Below are positions 10,113 to 19,621 of a stretch of DNA of 64,000 nt, piece after piece (positions within the stretch are counted from its first letter, which is position 1; every line of letters starts with the position of its first letter). The notes beneath the pieces were generated by a model, which was given only the letters and a program-made list of their open reading frames with translations, did not search any database and was not told the origin of the DNA. The DNA lies in the sequence record PZ452611.1. The stretch is one strand, 5' to 3'. The position numbers were made by a program, and so were the translations under genes. Source of the stretch: a phage.

Positions 10113-10484
10113 ATGGAATTTATTATTTTGGCTGTATTGGTTGCCTTGTTTAACGCCTGGATCGCTGGCAAGATGGGCAGATCCGCCTTTTTATGGTTTA
10201 TTATATCTATTTTCCTGGGGGTGGTTGCAACTATTGTATTGGTTATCCTTGCAATTGTTGACAAGGGGAATAATAGAAAGGGTAAAGTATTTTCAGACCT
10301 GTACGACGCTCAAACGTTTGTCAACGCCTATTATAGTGATCTTCCAGTCTCCCTACGCTGCAGCTTGGCACAACAGGTTTTTGATGAGGCTAAAACCAGA
10401 GATCAAGCCCATGAGATATGTTTAACTGAGGCGGATCGCCTATTTGAGAGGAATAGAAAATATGTGGGCCAACCGTTTAAATAA
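10113..10484 (+). CDS. membrane protein (2 TM)
   Basis: internal ATG with AAAAGAGG RBS; two hydrophobic helices. Confidence 0.5.
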   Translation: MEFIILAVLVALFNAWIAGKMGRSAFLWFIISIFLGVVATIVLVILAIVDKGNNRKGKVFSDLYDAQTFVNAYYSDLPVSLRCSLAQQVFDEAKTRDQAHEICLTEADRLFERNRKYVGQPFK

Positions 10485-10707
10485 TGCCACGTTAATTAAT
10501 CCCTTTAGTGAAGATTTGAAGCCAGCCGCCTGGCGTGACGGATTCAATAACGAACGCTTTATTTTCAGGCCTGATCTTGAGGAATTTTATAACAATGGAT
10601 CGAACAACAGCGGAGATAATTTTTCTTGTGGTGTGTGTCGTGATAGGACTCCTGGGGGCCATTGTAGATCGCGTCACTACTACCAGAAGGAAAGGGGGAG
10701 ACGATGA
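10444..10707 (+). CDS. hypothetical protein
   Basis: ORF ending in ATGA overlap with next small gene; true start possibly ATG 10462. Confidence 0.3.
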   Translation: MRGIENMWANRLNNATLINPFSEDLKPAAWRDGFNNERFIFRPDLEEFYNNGSNNSGDNFSCGVCRDRTPGGHCRSRHYYQKERGRR

Positions 10708-10823
10708 CAACCAAGGATAAGCCATGCACCGATAAGGTGCGCCGCGTTATGGTATGGCTTGAGATTATCGCCCTTGAAATATTGCTAGGCGTAGGGATGT
10801 ACTTTATCGCTGTAAGTAACTAA
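10704..10823 (+). CDS. small membrane peptide (39 aa)
   Basis: AAAGGGGGAG RBS; hydrophobic core; followed by terminator. Confidence 0.4.
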   Translation: MTTKDKPCTDKVRRVMVWLEIIALEILLGVGMYFIAVSN

Positions 10824-10827
10824 GAAC

Positions 10828-10856
10828 GGCCCCCGATCATGGGGGCCTATCTTTTA
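10828..10856 (+). terminator. rho-independent terminator
   Basis: GGCCCCC-gatcat-GGGGGCC followed by T-rich run. Confidence 0.65.
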
Positions 10857-10963
10857 AAAAAAAATTTTCTTCCGGGGTGTTGCAATCCGGTCCGGAATGT
10901 GGATAATAACAATCAACGGGGAGCTAATCCCCACCACCACAAAAACCAGAAAGGAGAAACAAA

Positions 10964-11164
10964 ATGAGCAACAATATCCGCGTTATTAACTTCAAAAAAG
11001 AAGAAAAAATTGCCGTGCTGATTGACGGTCAAGAAATCTTCAAGGGCGACTATGAAGATCATCAAACGGCGATTAGTATCACTCGCGTGATTGGTTACCA
11101 TAATTTCTACCCCCAAGGCGCTGAGGCAGCAGTTAAACGAATCAAAGAGATTGTAGGCCTGTAA
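10964..11164 (+). CDS. hypothetical protein
   Basis: 66 aa, AAAGGAGAAACAAAATG. Confidence 0.5.
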   Translation: MSNNIRVINFKKEEKIAVLIDGQEIFKGDYEDHQTAISITRVIGYHNFYPQGAEAAVKRIKEIVGL

Positions 11165-11165
11165 A

Positions 11166-11210
11166 ATTTATTTTTAGATGGCCTTGACTTCAGGGCCATC
11201 AATAAAGTAA
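11166..11210. promoter_or_regulatory. conserved palindromic cassette (copy 3)
   Basis: same 45 bp element as 6794-6838. Confidence 0.6.
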
Positions 11211-11255
11211 ATTTAAACCCTGTTAAAATAATCAGTGCAAAAAGGAGTAATGATC

Positions 11256-11555
11256 ATGTTTATACCCGCCAATAATCTTTATTTCTTTGATGGTCAGATC
11301 GTAGACGGTGTGGAAGTGGAGATCACTGGGTGCCCTGGTGGTCAGGCTATGACTTTTCGGAATAATGCCTTTGATGATTCTCGTATCGTTATGAGAATGG
11401 AAGTTACAAAGCTGGACGACAAGAAAACGCTCATTGACTATTCCGTGAAAGATCATCCAGACTACCACATGATCTATGGTGATTTGTGTATTGTTGACCG
11501 TGACAAGGTGGGCGGCATTGTGATCGCTATTGTGAACGATGTTTTCTCTGAATAA
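11256..11555 (+). CDS. hypothetical protein
   Basis: AAAAGGAG RBS then ATG 11256 (track 11235). Confidence 0.5.
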   Translation: MFIPANNLYFFDGQIVDGVEVEITGCPGGQAMTFRNNAFDDSRIVMRMEVTKLDDKKTLIDYSVKDHPDYHMIYGDLCIVDRDKVGGIVIAIVNDVFSE

Positions 11556-11779
11556 TTCCGGCAAATGATGCAAAATAAGGCCCCTAGCAGGGCCTGCAGC
11601 GATATAATCACATAAAGGCTATGCGGTTGCATGGCCTTTATTATTTTAGCGTTACAGCGTCCCCAAGGCGCTTAAAAAATTTTTAAAGAAGTACTTGCAT
11701 CAAGTCCTACAATATGGATAATAGGACGTGTCAGGGGGGCGGCCCCCAATCATTAACCGGATAGATAGGAGTTAAAATC

Positions 11780-12064
11780 ATGGCTATTGTCACCGTTGGC
11801 GATGTAGTGGAAATGGAAGCAAAATACTTAAAAGCGGGTATGCATATCCTACGGAATGATCAAGAATTGTTATTAACGATGGTAGACTATAATCCCGGCC
11901 AGGATTATCCAAGCATCGACATACTTTTTGAGTATGTTGATGAAGAATTGAAAGAGGATGAGGCTTATCAGGGTGAATTCTGCAATTTCTTTTGCCCTGA
12001 TGAGGTTGTAAAAGTTATCTATCAACCTGGCGTACCTTTCCCGCTGCACGCTATCAATAAATAA
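11780..12064 (+). CDS. hypothetical protein
   Basis: 94 aa, TAGGAG RBS. Confidence 0.5.
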   Translation: MAIVTVGDVVEMEAKYLKAGMHILRNDQELLLTMVDYNPGQDYPSIDILFEYVDEELKEDEAYQGEFCNFFCPDEVVKVIYQPGVPFPLHAINK

Positions 12065-12118
12065 ACCTGGCGGGGCCGAAAAGGCCCCAATTATGAAAAT
12101 AAAGAGAGGTAAATCATC

Positions 12119-12352
12119 ATGATGGAACAAATTAAACGCGCTGAGGCTATTAATGGCAATGTGATCTATTTTGTCAGCAAAAACGAAAAAGGCGTACCAT
12201 ATGCGGCGGTAATAGTACAACCTGACGGCGATTATTGGTTTACTGTATACGGATCTTATTCTTTCGGGCGTCCGGTTCATGATAGAATTTTGAAAGTAGC
12301 GAATCCGACCGGGAAAAATATCACAGCAGAAAAATTTTTTGAAAATAGTTGA
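12119..12352 (+). CDS. hypothetical protein
   Basis: 77 aa, AAAGAGAGG RBS. Confidence 0.5.
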   Translation: MMEQIKRAEAINGNVIYFVSKNEKGVPYAAVIVQPDGDYWFTVYGSYSFGRPVHDRILKVANPTGKNITAEKFFENS

Positions 12353-12428
12353 CATGACCATATAAGACTGTAATATATAAATCAAAGGGGGGCAACAAGC
12401 CCCACCAACCACAAAGAGGATAAAAATC

Positions 12429-12608
12429 ATGGCTATTATTGCAAAGACTGAGATCGTAGGCTTAGATTCTATTCTCCTCGCATATGAGGAAGCTATAGAA
12501 ATGTATGTGGTTTCCTATGGTGAATATATCCGTGAATATAAATCTATTGATCTGGCTTTTGAATGTTATATTCGCCAGGTTAATAAAGCGTACGATGATT
12601 ATCGTTAA
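12429..12608 (+). CDS. hypothetical small protein (59 aa)
   Basis: AAAGAGGATAAAAATCATG; below track cutoff. Confidence 0.4.
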   Translation: MAIIAKTEIVGLDSILLAYEEAIEMYVVSYGEYIREYKSIDLAFECYIRQVNKAYDDYR

Positions 12609-12698
12609 AATAGCTTGACAACAAACAACCATCTAACAAAGCATAATACATAAGGCGGTGGAATGGTCCGCCACCTGGAACAAGAAGAGGAAAACAAG

Positions 12699-12803
12699 AT
12701 GAAACAGAAATTAATTGATGCGGTGATCCTGGTTATTGCCCTGGGTATTGGCCTGATTGCAACCATGTCTAATATGATCTTGTCTTCCAACGGTATCGGG
12801 TGA
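12699..12803 (+). CDS. small membrane peptide (34 aa)
   Basis: AAGAAGAGGAAAACAAGATG; hydrophobic. Confidence 0.35.
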   Translation: MKQKLIDAVILVIALGIGLIATMSNMILSSNGIG

Positions 12804-12812
12804 GGTTGGCAA

Positions 12813-13028
12813 ATGATCACTAACAAAACAGGCAAAACAGAATTTTTACGCAACTTACAGATCGGCAAGCCTGAGATCTGGTATTGCACTAAAACACCAC
12901 GTGACGAAATGAAAGACTTCACCGCCACGCTGCAACGGGTAAAGATATCCATCACGCAGAAAAAGGCCTTATTAGTGGTGGAAGGTGAGATCCCCCAAAC
13001 CGTTGTTATAGTTGAGCGTACAGCATAG
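12813..13028 (+). CDS. hypothetical protein
   Basis: 71 aa ORF. Confidence 0.4.
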   Translation: MITNKTGKTEFLRNLQIGKPEIWYCTKTPRDEMKDFTATLQRVKISITQKKALLVVEGEIPQTVVIVERTA

Positions 13029-13119
13029 TTTAATTTATACCGATACCCGAAAATTAACCAACAAAGCATAAACAGGCGGTTACCGCCGCCTTAAACGTAG
13101 CAGAAAGAGGATAGACACA

Positions 13120-13404
13120 ATGAAAAAGATGATCGCAGTGGTTGCCCTGGTTGTTGGACTTAATGCGCCTGTAATGGCTAAAGAGCTGGCAAAAGAGGTT
13201 AATCTAACGGATATTCATGCCGTCAATCAAATCGGGGTTACTTATCGCTTATGCCTTGCCGCTAAAACTTTTAATGACGGTACAACAGAGTACTACGGAT
13301 TCGAGGGTATCCGGTGCGGTGAGCTTGCTCGCGACCTTAAGGAAGATTCAGACCTGGAGGATCTGCCCATAACCGTGAACGGGAAAACTTACGTGAACCG
13401 TTAA
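13120..13404 (+). CDS. secreted protein (signal peptide)
   Basis: MKKMIAVVALVVGLNAPVMA signal-like N-terminus; AAAGAGGA RBS. Confidence 0.5.
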   Translation: MKKMIAVVALVVGLNAPVMAKELAKEVNLTDIHAVNQIGVTYRLCLAAKTFNDGTTEYYGFEGIRCGELARDLKEDSDLEDLPITVNGKTYVNR

Positions 13405-13406
13405 CC

Positions 13407-13541
13407 ATGAAAAAGATAATCATCACCTTGGGGATTGTGGTGGCAATATTGGCGCTCTTCCCCCTTATGGTTAGGTATGTGCTGATCAGTGTTATTCTAG
13501 TGGTCAGCGATCTGGTGTTATATATTAACTCATTGTTTTAG
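13407..13541 (+). CDS. small membrane peptide (44 aa)
   Basis: hydrophobic ORF directly after previous stop. Confidence 0.35.
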   Translation: MKKIIITLGIVVAILALFPLMVRYVLISVILVVSDLVLYINSLF

Positions 13542-13549
13542 GTGCGATA

Positions 13550-13741
13550 ATGACCACTGATGAAGCTGTAAAAGTGTTGGCGGTATTGAGATATCATAAT
13601 CAAACAAAGGTTATAAACGATCCTGATTATGTTGACTCAAAGCGTGAAGATGAGACATTGACCGCAATATGGATTATTCAAGAATTGCTAAAGCGCATGA
13701 CAGAGAAAAACCGACCGGACTACATAGGCGAAAAAATATAA
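13550..13741 (+). CDS. hypothetical protein
   Basis: 63 aa ORF. Confidence 0.45.
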   Translation: MTTDEAVKVLAVLRYHNQTKVINDPDYVDSKREDETLTAIWIIQELLKRMTEKNRPDYIGEKI

Positions 13742-13756
13742 TATTTATAAACTACA

Positions 13757-13787
13757 AAACAGGGCTTGCAATGGTCCTGTTTTTTGT
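13757..13787 (+). terminator. putative rho-independent terminator
   Basis: ACAGG-loop-CCTGT followed by TTTTTT. Confidence 0.45.
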
Positions 13788-13800
13788 TATACTTATTCCA

Positions 13801-13850
13801 CGGCAGGCACCTGGCGACGGGGGGAGACAATCACCGGGGGGTGCCTGTCA
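13801..13850. repeat. inverted copy of GGAGACAATCACCGGGGG element, internally palindromic
   Basis: reverse complement of the 4995-5022 / 5143-5190 motif. Confidence 0.55.
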
Positions 13851-13953
13851 TATAAGAACTATAAAAACCGTTGACATCTGCCAGGGGGTGGGGTAACATT
13901 TATCTTGAAGGGGCAAAAGTGCCCACACAACAACCAGAAGAGAGGAAAACATT

Positions 13954-14226
13954 ATGTCAAGCTGGATTAATCAAGAAGTCGAATCACGTTTTAATGCTAT
14001 TTGGGATCTCATCGAAAAAGAGGACGGAACATCAAGCCCTTACCTCAATAATCTTGAATTCCATTTTGTGGAAGCGATGAACGCAGAACATGATCACGAA
14101 GGTGGTGCGGACGAGTTCGCTAAAAGGTATGGCTTCAACAATGCCAACGAAATGATCGAGGCGGTTGTACTCCAGGCTGAGGAAGATTATCAATTAAAAA
14201 CGCTTGAATTCTGCCGCCGCAAGTAA
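13954..14226 (+). CDS. hypothetical protein
   Basis: 90 aa, AGAGAGGAAAACATTATG. Confidence 0.5.
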   Translation: MSSWINQEVESRFNAIWDLIEKEDGTSSPYLNNLEFHFVEAMNAEHDHEGGADEFAKRYGFNNANEMIEAVVLQAEEDYQLKTLEFCRRK

Positions 14227-14286
14227 TAAGATAATGACACGGGCCAAAAGGCCCACTAATCAGAACCACACAAAGAGAGAAAGAAA

Positions 14287-14505
14287 ATGACAACCCGTAA
14301 AATTAAAGTTGTTTGCATTGAATCTACTGGGGGCGCTTTTGTAGTTGGTCAGGAATATAATGCGGTTTTAATGGGTACGGATTGGAAGGTTAAAGGCCTT
14401 AATGGTTACGAGTACGGCACTACTTGCGGCTTGCGTGGTCGAATCGGATACGTGAGTTTAGACAATAAAGAAAAATTTGTTTTCGACACCCTTGTGAGTA
14501 AATAG
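14287..14505 (+). CDS. hypothetical protein
   Basis: 72 aa, AAAGAGAGAAAG RBS. Confidence 0.5.
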   Translation: MTTRKIKVVCIESTGGAFVVGQEYNAVLMGTDWKVKGLNGYEYGTTCGLRGRIGYVSLDNKEKFVFDTLVSK

Positions 14506-14582
14506 CATGAATTGCTAAAGACTGATCTGCGAACTGCTGTATTATCAACTAATCAAAACGAACCACATAAAGAGGAAACATC

Positions 14583-14846
14583 ATGAAACGTCTGGATCAG
14601 CTTAAATTAGTTCAGTACATGGCCTACAGAATTCTTGAAGTCCAAAAAGGTAGCAAAAAAGAGGTTTGCGAGAAAGCTTATAAGATCTTTACCCGCAAAA
14701 AAGATGACTGGATGCTACGCCAGACCAAAAAGGCTGACATCTTGGGGTACCTGGAAGAAGAGATCCGACTTGAAGAGCAAGAAGAGATCCGCCGCAGTGA
14801 GGCAGATTATCAGGCAGCTTGGGAAAACTGGATGAGTAACAAATAA
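14583..14846 (+). CDS. hypothetical protein
   Basis: 87 aa, AAAGAGGAAACATCATG. Confidence 0.5.
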   Translation: MKRLDQLKLVQYMAYRILEVQKGSKKEVCEKAYKIFTRKKDDWMLRQTKKADILGYLEEEIRLEEQEEIRRSEADYQAAWENWMSNK

Positions 14847-14992
14847 TACAACAAGTTGCACGATCAGGGGGGCAATAAAGCCCCTTGATCACATAAAAAT
14901 TATGCTATCCTTGGTTGACAAGGATCGGCAGTTTTGCTATATTCTTTTTTGAAGGGAAGTTGTAAGAAAATTAACTAAGAGGTAAAAACACC

Positions 14993-15412
14993 ATGAACAT
15001 TAAATCTAATAATCCGGCATATAGCTTTGATAACGCTTTTTGTCACGGTCCGGCGGCGAAAGGATTCGAAATCGATGGTAAACTAATTATTGTCAATGTT
15101 GACGGGGAAGAGGTTGCAGTATATCCGGTGGCAGACGTTAAAAGCCGTTTGCAATGCCGCATGGATGTTACCGCCTACCAGCTTGATCCGGTCCGCATAG
15201 TTGCCCTGGTCCTGGAGGAAGAGATCAAAGCCATGCATCATAGCAATAAGTTTATCGGTGACGCGCAAGATAATATGAAGGTATGCCGCTATAAAGTTAA
15301 TGAAGTGCTTAAAGAATACGGCTTCAAAGATCTGATGATCAAGCGTGATGAAAAATTCCGTTATCGTAACGACCTGGCAAATCGAATCTATGAAATATAC
15401 GAATCATTATAA
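14993..15412 (+). CDS. hypothetical protein
   Basis: 139 aa, TAAGAGG RBS; last gene of + early block. Confidence 0.55.
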   Translation: MNIKSNNPAYSFDNAFCHGPAAKGFEIDGKLIIVNVDGEEVAVYPVADVKSRLQCRMDVTAYQLDPVRIVALVLEEEIKAMHHSNKFIGDAQDNMKVCRYKVNEVLKEYGFKDLMIKRDEKFRYRNDLANRIYEIYESL

Positions 15413-15429
15413 TTTCTTAACTAAACTAT

Positions 15430-15459
15430 CAGGGGCTTTAAAAGGCCCCTTTCTTTTGT
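15430..15459 (+). terminator. rho-independent terminator
   Basis: AGGGGC-ttttaaaa-GGCCCCT followed by TTCTTTTG. Confidence 0.7.
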
Positions 15460-16059
15460 CTGTATTTCTCCTACCACAAACGGCCCAGCCTGGCAAGTGG
15501 AATAATTGACTAGCCAGCAATTACCAACACTGTACAAATATACATATAAAATAACTATTGCATAATCTTTCATCTTGTGGTAGCAGGGCCATTTTTACAC
15601 GTTTTCCTTCCAAAATTGCACGTAATGCAGCTATTGCATAAAATTTAACCTGATGCACATCTTCAATAGCTTGTCAACAACTAAAAATCTTTATAAGTCA
15701 TACACTTACATAACCACAAAAGCGTGTTCTACGTGAAAAATCGAGTATAACTATAGCCGCCAGATCTCAGAATTTACGTACGCTCACCATTCTATAGTCT
15801 GCTAAGTATTTATTCCAACCATAGAATAACAGAATAGTCAATACCTGCATAAAATAATTATTCGTGTAAACTGCATAACATAAATCAGCCGGGGTGTCAA
15901 CATTTTTCGTAAACGGCTCGAAATTATCACTGTGAGCTATCATAAACAGAGAAATCTTTAGTCGTCTAATGTTTACTGTACGTTACTATACTAACTGGAA
16001 TCATTAGATGACTAATAAAAAGATAAGAAATCATTAACAATGCAATTGTTTTATTCATA

Positions 16060-16395
16060 ACAATAAGGCAACTATGCAAACGAATGGCATGGCGCGACGG
16101 AGTCGCGACATAATATAAAAGCAGTAACCATCACCCCCGTGATAGTTTGTCTGCAAACTATTAATCAGATCATAGTTGCCTTGTATTTAGTTAATCATGA
16201 CATAAACTCAGGCATAGCCTTCGTCTCGAGGATGTTAACAAGCAAGGCAACTATAGATCTTCTAATAGTTGCCCTGCTTTTATATTATGTCATAGAAACA
16301 CCCGAAGGGGTGACCAAAGGTCACCTGGCATAGCCAGTGAAATATTGTAAACAAGTTAATTATTATCATGCAAACGAATGGCATGGCTTATCATC
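16060..16395. repeat. repeat cluster: TGCAAACGAATGGCATGGC x2 and GGCAACTAT/ATAGTTGCC x4 in alternating orientation
   Basis: read directly; no coding support. Confidence 0.55.
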
Positions 16396-16560
16396 TCTGT
16401 GTAAATAGTTTGTTTGTAAACAGTTTATACGTGAACAGTTAGCTGTGTAAACTATCAGGCATGTAAGCTATTGAGCATGTAAACAGTAAAGGTCGTGAAC
16501 AGTAAGCGAGCGAATAGTAATGGCGTGAACAATGACAGCGTAAACAGTCAGGCATGTCAA
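16395..16560. repeat. iteron-like array, about 9 copies of GTRAAYAGT at 12-17 bp spacing
   Basis: GTAAATAGT, GTAAACAGT, GTGAACAGT, GTAAACTAT, GTAAACAGT, GTGAACAGT, GCGAATAGT, GTGAACAAT, GTAAACAGT. Confidence 0.6.
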
Positions 16561-18016
16561 TTATGTTCAGTGTGTCACCATTATGTCATATTGTGTCAGA
16601 CAAGTTTTTCTCCTCTTTGTCAAGTGCTGCATGAAAAATTTACAATCTGGTATGGTAGCATTTTTGCGGCCCTGTTTACATTCAGTACTGTATGTATAAG
16701 CCTTGTTGTGTGGGCGCTTAGACGTCTAGACGGTTGGAAGTCTGCAGGTCAATATCTAATCTATTGGTTGCTAACTATATCCCACACAAATAGTAAGAAA
16801 TGCAATTGTTATATGCGTAAACTGTAACTCATGTTATCAATCCCTGTATGGATCGCCAGTGGTGCGCATAATAGGTATTATGTTAAATTGCCAGTAATGA
16901 TAACTATTCTCACAGTGATAGGTATTCTCATTCAACCCCACAAGATAGGTTGCAAATGTTGTGCCACTGTGTGAACGGCCTCGCCTATTAATTTGCCTCA
17001 CTGCCTCGATATTTGAGAATTATTATAAGAATGAGAAGTATTCCCATTTCGTCCGCCTGGCAGCACTCCTGTAGGTCAGGTCAAAATCGGGAGAGAACTG
17101 GACCTGTTCAGATATTTCTGGCTGGCTCTTCAGGTCTGTGTGGGAAAAGCCGACCCCTCCGGCGGCGGGGAGGGGGTCAATTAAAAAATTTACGGGGCAT
17201 ATGAAGCGCTCTTCAGGTAAGGCATGTATTATGGGATGAAACCCTCTTCAGGAAATGATATTTGTGGGTGTGATATTTGCTGGAAAGCTAGATATGACTG
17301 GACTCCTGGCGGGGCAGGGGTAGTACAGACAGGGGAAATATGGGGGATGTAGTTGGGTAAATTGATCAGGCAGGTAGAGTATGGAATATGTTACGAGTAT
17401 GTTAAATATGGAGGGTGAATATCTGCAGGATTTGTGTGTAAAATCAAAGACTTAAGTGGTGTTGTGGTATTTTCTATAAATAATTCAAGTTTAATAGGTG
17501 ATATTTGTCCCTATCCACTTTGTGTGGTAAACAGATTCAGATGAGATTGGTTTACGAGTGTATACATAATATACAAATTAAAGATACAAGAAACCCCCCT
17601 CCCCCTTCGGCTACCATTCACCTTTTCCTCTGACTGGTACTTAAACACTTATTCAGACTCTTCAGGTTATCACCCATATATCATATGGCAGTGACTGGTG
17701 TCCTCCGGCCCCTCTTTCGTCACCCGTCCGCTTCGCCATGCTAATGCCATAGCCAATGGTTCGGTTGTTCACCCTGTTCACTCAGGTGTATCTCCATACC
17801 CCTTCAAACCGAAGAGAACAGAAAACCCGAATTACTCGGTAAAAGAAAAGAGAAGAACTTAATTTTATCAGGATAAGCAAGAATGTCAAGGCATGACTGC
17901 TCACTAAACAAGCAAACAGTCATGTGTGGGAGGTAAGTGATTGTGGTGGTAGGAAATTTAGTTGAAAGATGTGTTATAGGTGCTCCCAGCACTTTAGCCG
18001 GGTAGCTAATTGTGTG

Positions 18017-18298
18017 TCAGTCCAGCGGTTCATCCTCTACTTCACTGAAATCAATGTTCATGGTCTCTTCCCAACCATCGATCTCAGCACAAGAGTGAAG
18101 TTCTTTAGGGTTTACTCCCAAAGCCTCAGCAACAGAGTCTATATTTAACACCTCTGGCAGGTATGATTCATCGAATTCAAGGTAAATCAGGCCACGAGTG
18201 TTGTCAGCCCCACCAAATATTTCTATCTTCATGAAATCTCCTCTGGAAATGAGAGTGTGAACAGGGTTTATACGTTCCAATGCACTGGAATTATGCAC
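18017..18298 (-). CDS. acidic hypothetical protein
   Basis: 93 aa; first ORF of minus-strand block. Confidence 0.45.
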   Translation of the reverse strand: MHNSSALERINPVHTLISRGDFMKIEIFGGADNTRGLIYLEFDESYLPEVLNIDSVAEALGVNPKELHSCAEIDGWEETMNIDFSEVEDEPLD

Positions 18299-18352
18299 GT
18301 TTGCCTCTTCAGGCCATGCTTTAGCATGAGGAACCTGTGTGGGCTCGGTGCT

Positions 18353-18658
18353 TCATAGTCTACCACCCCTGAACTCTTCGTGCTCAGGCATAATAGAGAA
18401 CCAGATATCTACGATGTCCTCCCACGTCAGGTCATCAGCCTCAGGATCTATCTGGAGCGAAGATGGAGAATCTTCAGAATCGAAGTTTTCCTCTTTCGCT
18501 GGCTCAGCCAAGGGACATATAGTCACTCCTTTGGATGTCTCTTCAGATGCATGTGTGTTTATCATGTTCCACCCGTGAGTATTCCTGCAACAGCTGCTAT
18601 GGACGTAATGATCATCAGGATCACCACCAAAACTTCGGACAATGTTTTCATTGTGCAC
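18353..18658 (-). CDS. acidic hypothetical protein
   Basis: 101 aa ORF. Confidence 0.45.
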   Translation of the reverse strand: MHNENIVRSFGGDPDDHYVHSSCCRNTHGWNMINTHASEETSKGVTICPLAEPAKEENFDSEDSPSSLQIDPEADDLTWEDIVDIWFSIMPEHEEFRGGRL

Positions 18659-18925
18659 TCCATATTCTCTAGACTATGTGTTGATACTATCACTGGAGCG
18701 GTAATGTGTCAACAGAAACGCCGCGAGGGTTTGGTTAAAATCCGAGCGTATGGTGATTTGGGTCAAAACGGACGTGCGTTCTCGCTACGCTCGAAAGAGA
18801 GATTTGTTTGTAGACCGTCCTTAAACGCTCTGTAACGAGATTATCTGTCCAAGGTATGCAATCGTGCACCAGATAAAGAAAAGGACGCCACAGAGCGTCC
18901 TAGGTGTCTTAAATTTGATATTTTG

Positions 18926-19237
18926 CTATACCCATGAGGGTTTATCAAGGTTGGAGTAGCTGAAAGGTGTCAAAAGGTGATTGTCAAAATCTCTCAAACT
19001 ATCCAGATCTTTTTCCTCGTCCTGGCACCATCTGTGCCTACATTTATTGTTGTAGTGCATAGAATGCATAGCGTTCTGCAACTTAACAGGTACAAGTGAT
19101 TCAGGAGTAGATAGTATTGTTGGGTATGCCAGAACCACCTCAAACAGTGGAAACACATCGAAACTAAAGTCTACCTCTGCAGAGGTTGATGGCATATAGG
19201 AGTATTTAGCCGCCTTTGTAGACATAATCCACCTCAC
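18926..19237 (-). CDS. hypothetical protein
   Basis: 103 aa, 4 nt overlap with upstream gene. Confidence 0.45.
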   Translation of the reverse strand: MRWIMSTKAAKYSYMPSTSAEVDFSFDVFPLFEVVLAYPTILSTPESLVPVKLQNAMHSMHYNNKCRHRWCQDEEKDLDSLRDFDNHLLTPFSYSNLDKPSWV

Positions 19238-19566
19238 ACAGGTTTGATAATACCTTTACCGAATAACTCTTCGTATCTAATCCTATCCGGATCCCACTCC
19301 TGGATAATTTCGAAGACAATATCCAACCCTGGGATGATCACTTCTCCAGTGTCAAGCTTAGCAAGAACAAAACCGGAAGGTTGAATGGTTTCCCAGTTAC
19401 GGCGATCAGAGTAGAGTACTTCGAAAATATCACCAACCTCAACCCGTTTCTGTTGCTCAAGATGCTCCAGGTTCTCTTTCATGCGGATGCAGCGGATTTT
19501 TCGTGCAGGCCATAGACCGCCTGCATCACGTTCATTTAGCTCTTTTACAGTAATCGGTATACCCAT
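19234..19566 (-). CDS. hypothetical protein
   Basis: 110 aa ORF. Confidence 0.5.
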   Translation of the reverse strand: MGIPITVKELNERDAGGLWPARKIRCIRMKENLEHLEQQKRVEVGDIFEVLYSDRRNWETIQPSGFVLAKLDTGEVIIPGLDIVFEIIQEWDPDRIRYEELFGKGIIKPV

Positions 19567-19621
19567 CCCAAATCTCCTTCATAGATAGTAAAAAGAGGGG
19601 CCCAAGCCCCCCTCTTTGTCA

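Noticed and set aside
16139-17204. Three + strand ORFs (16139-16333, 16495-16827, 17013-17204) inside the convergent zone
   Set aside because: No RBS, composition dominated by short repeats, low-complexity translations; treated as non-coding repeat DNA.
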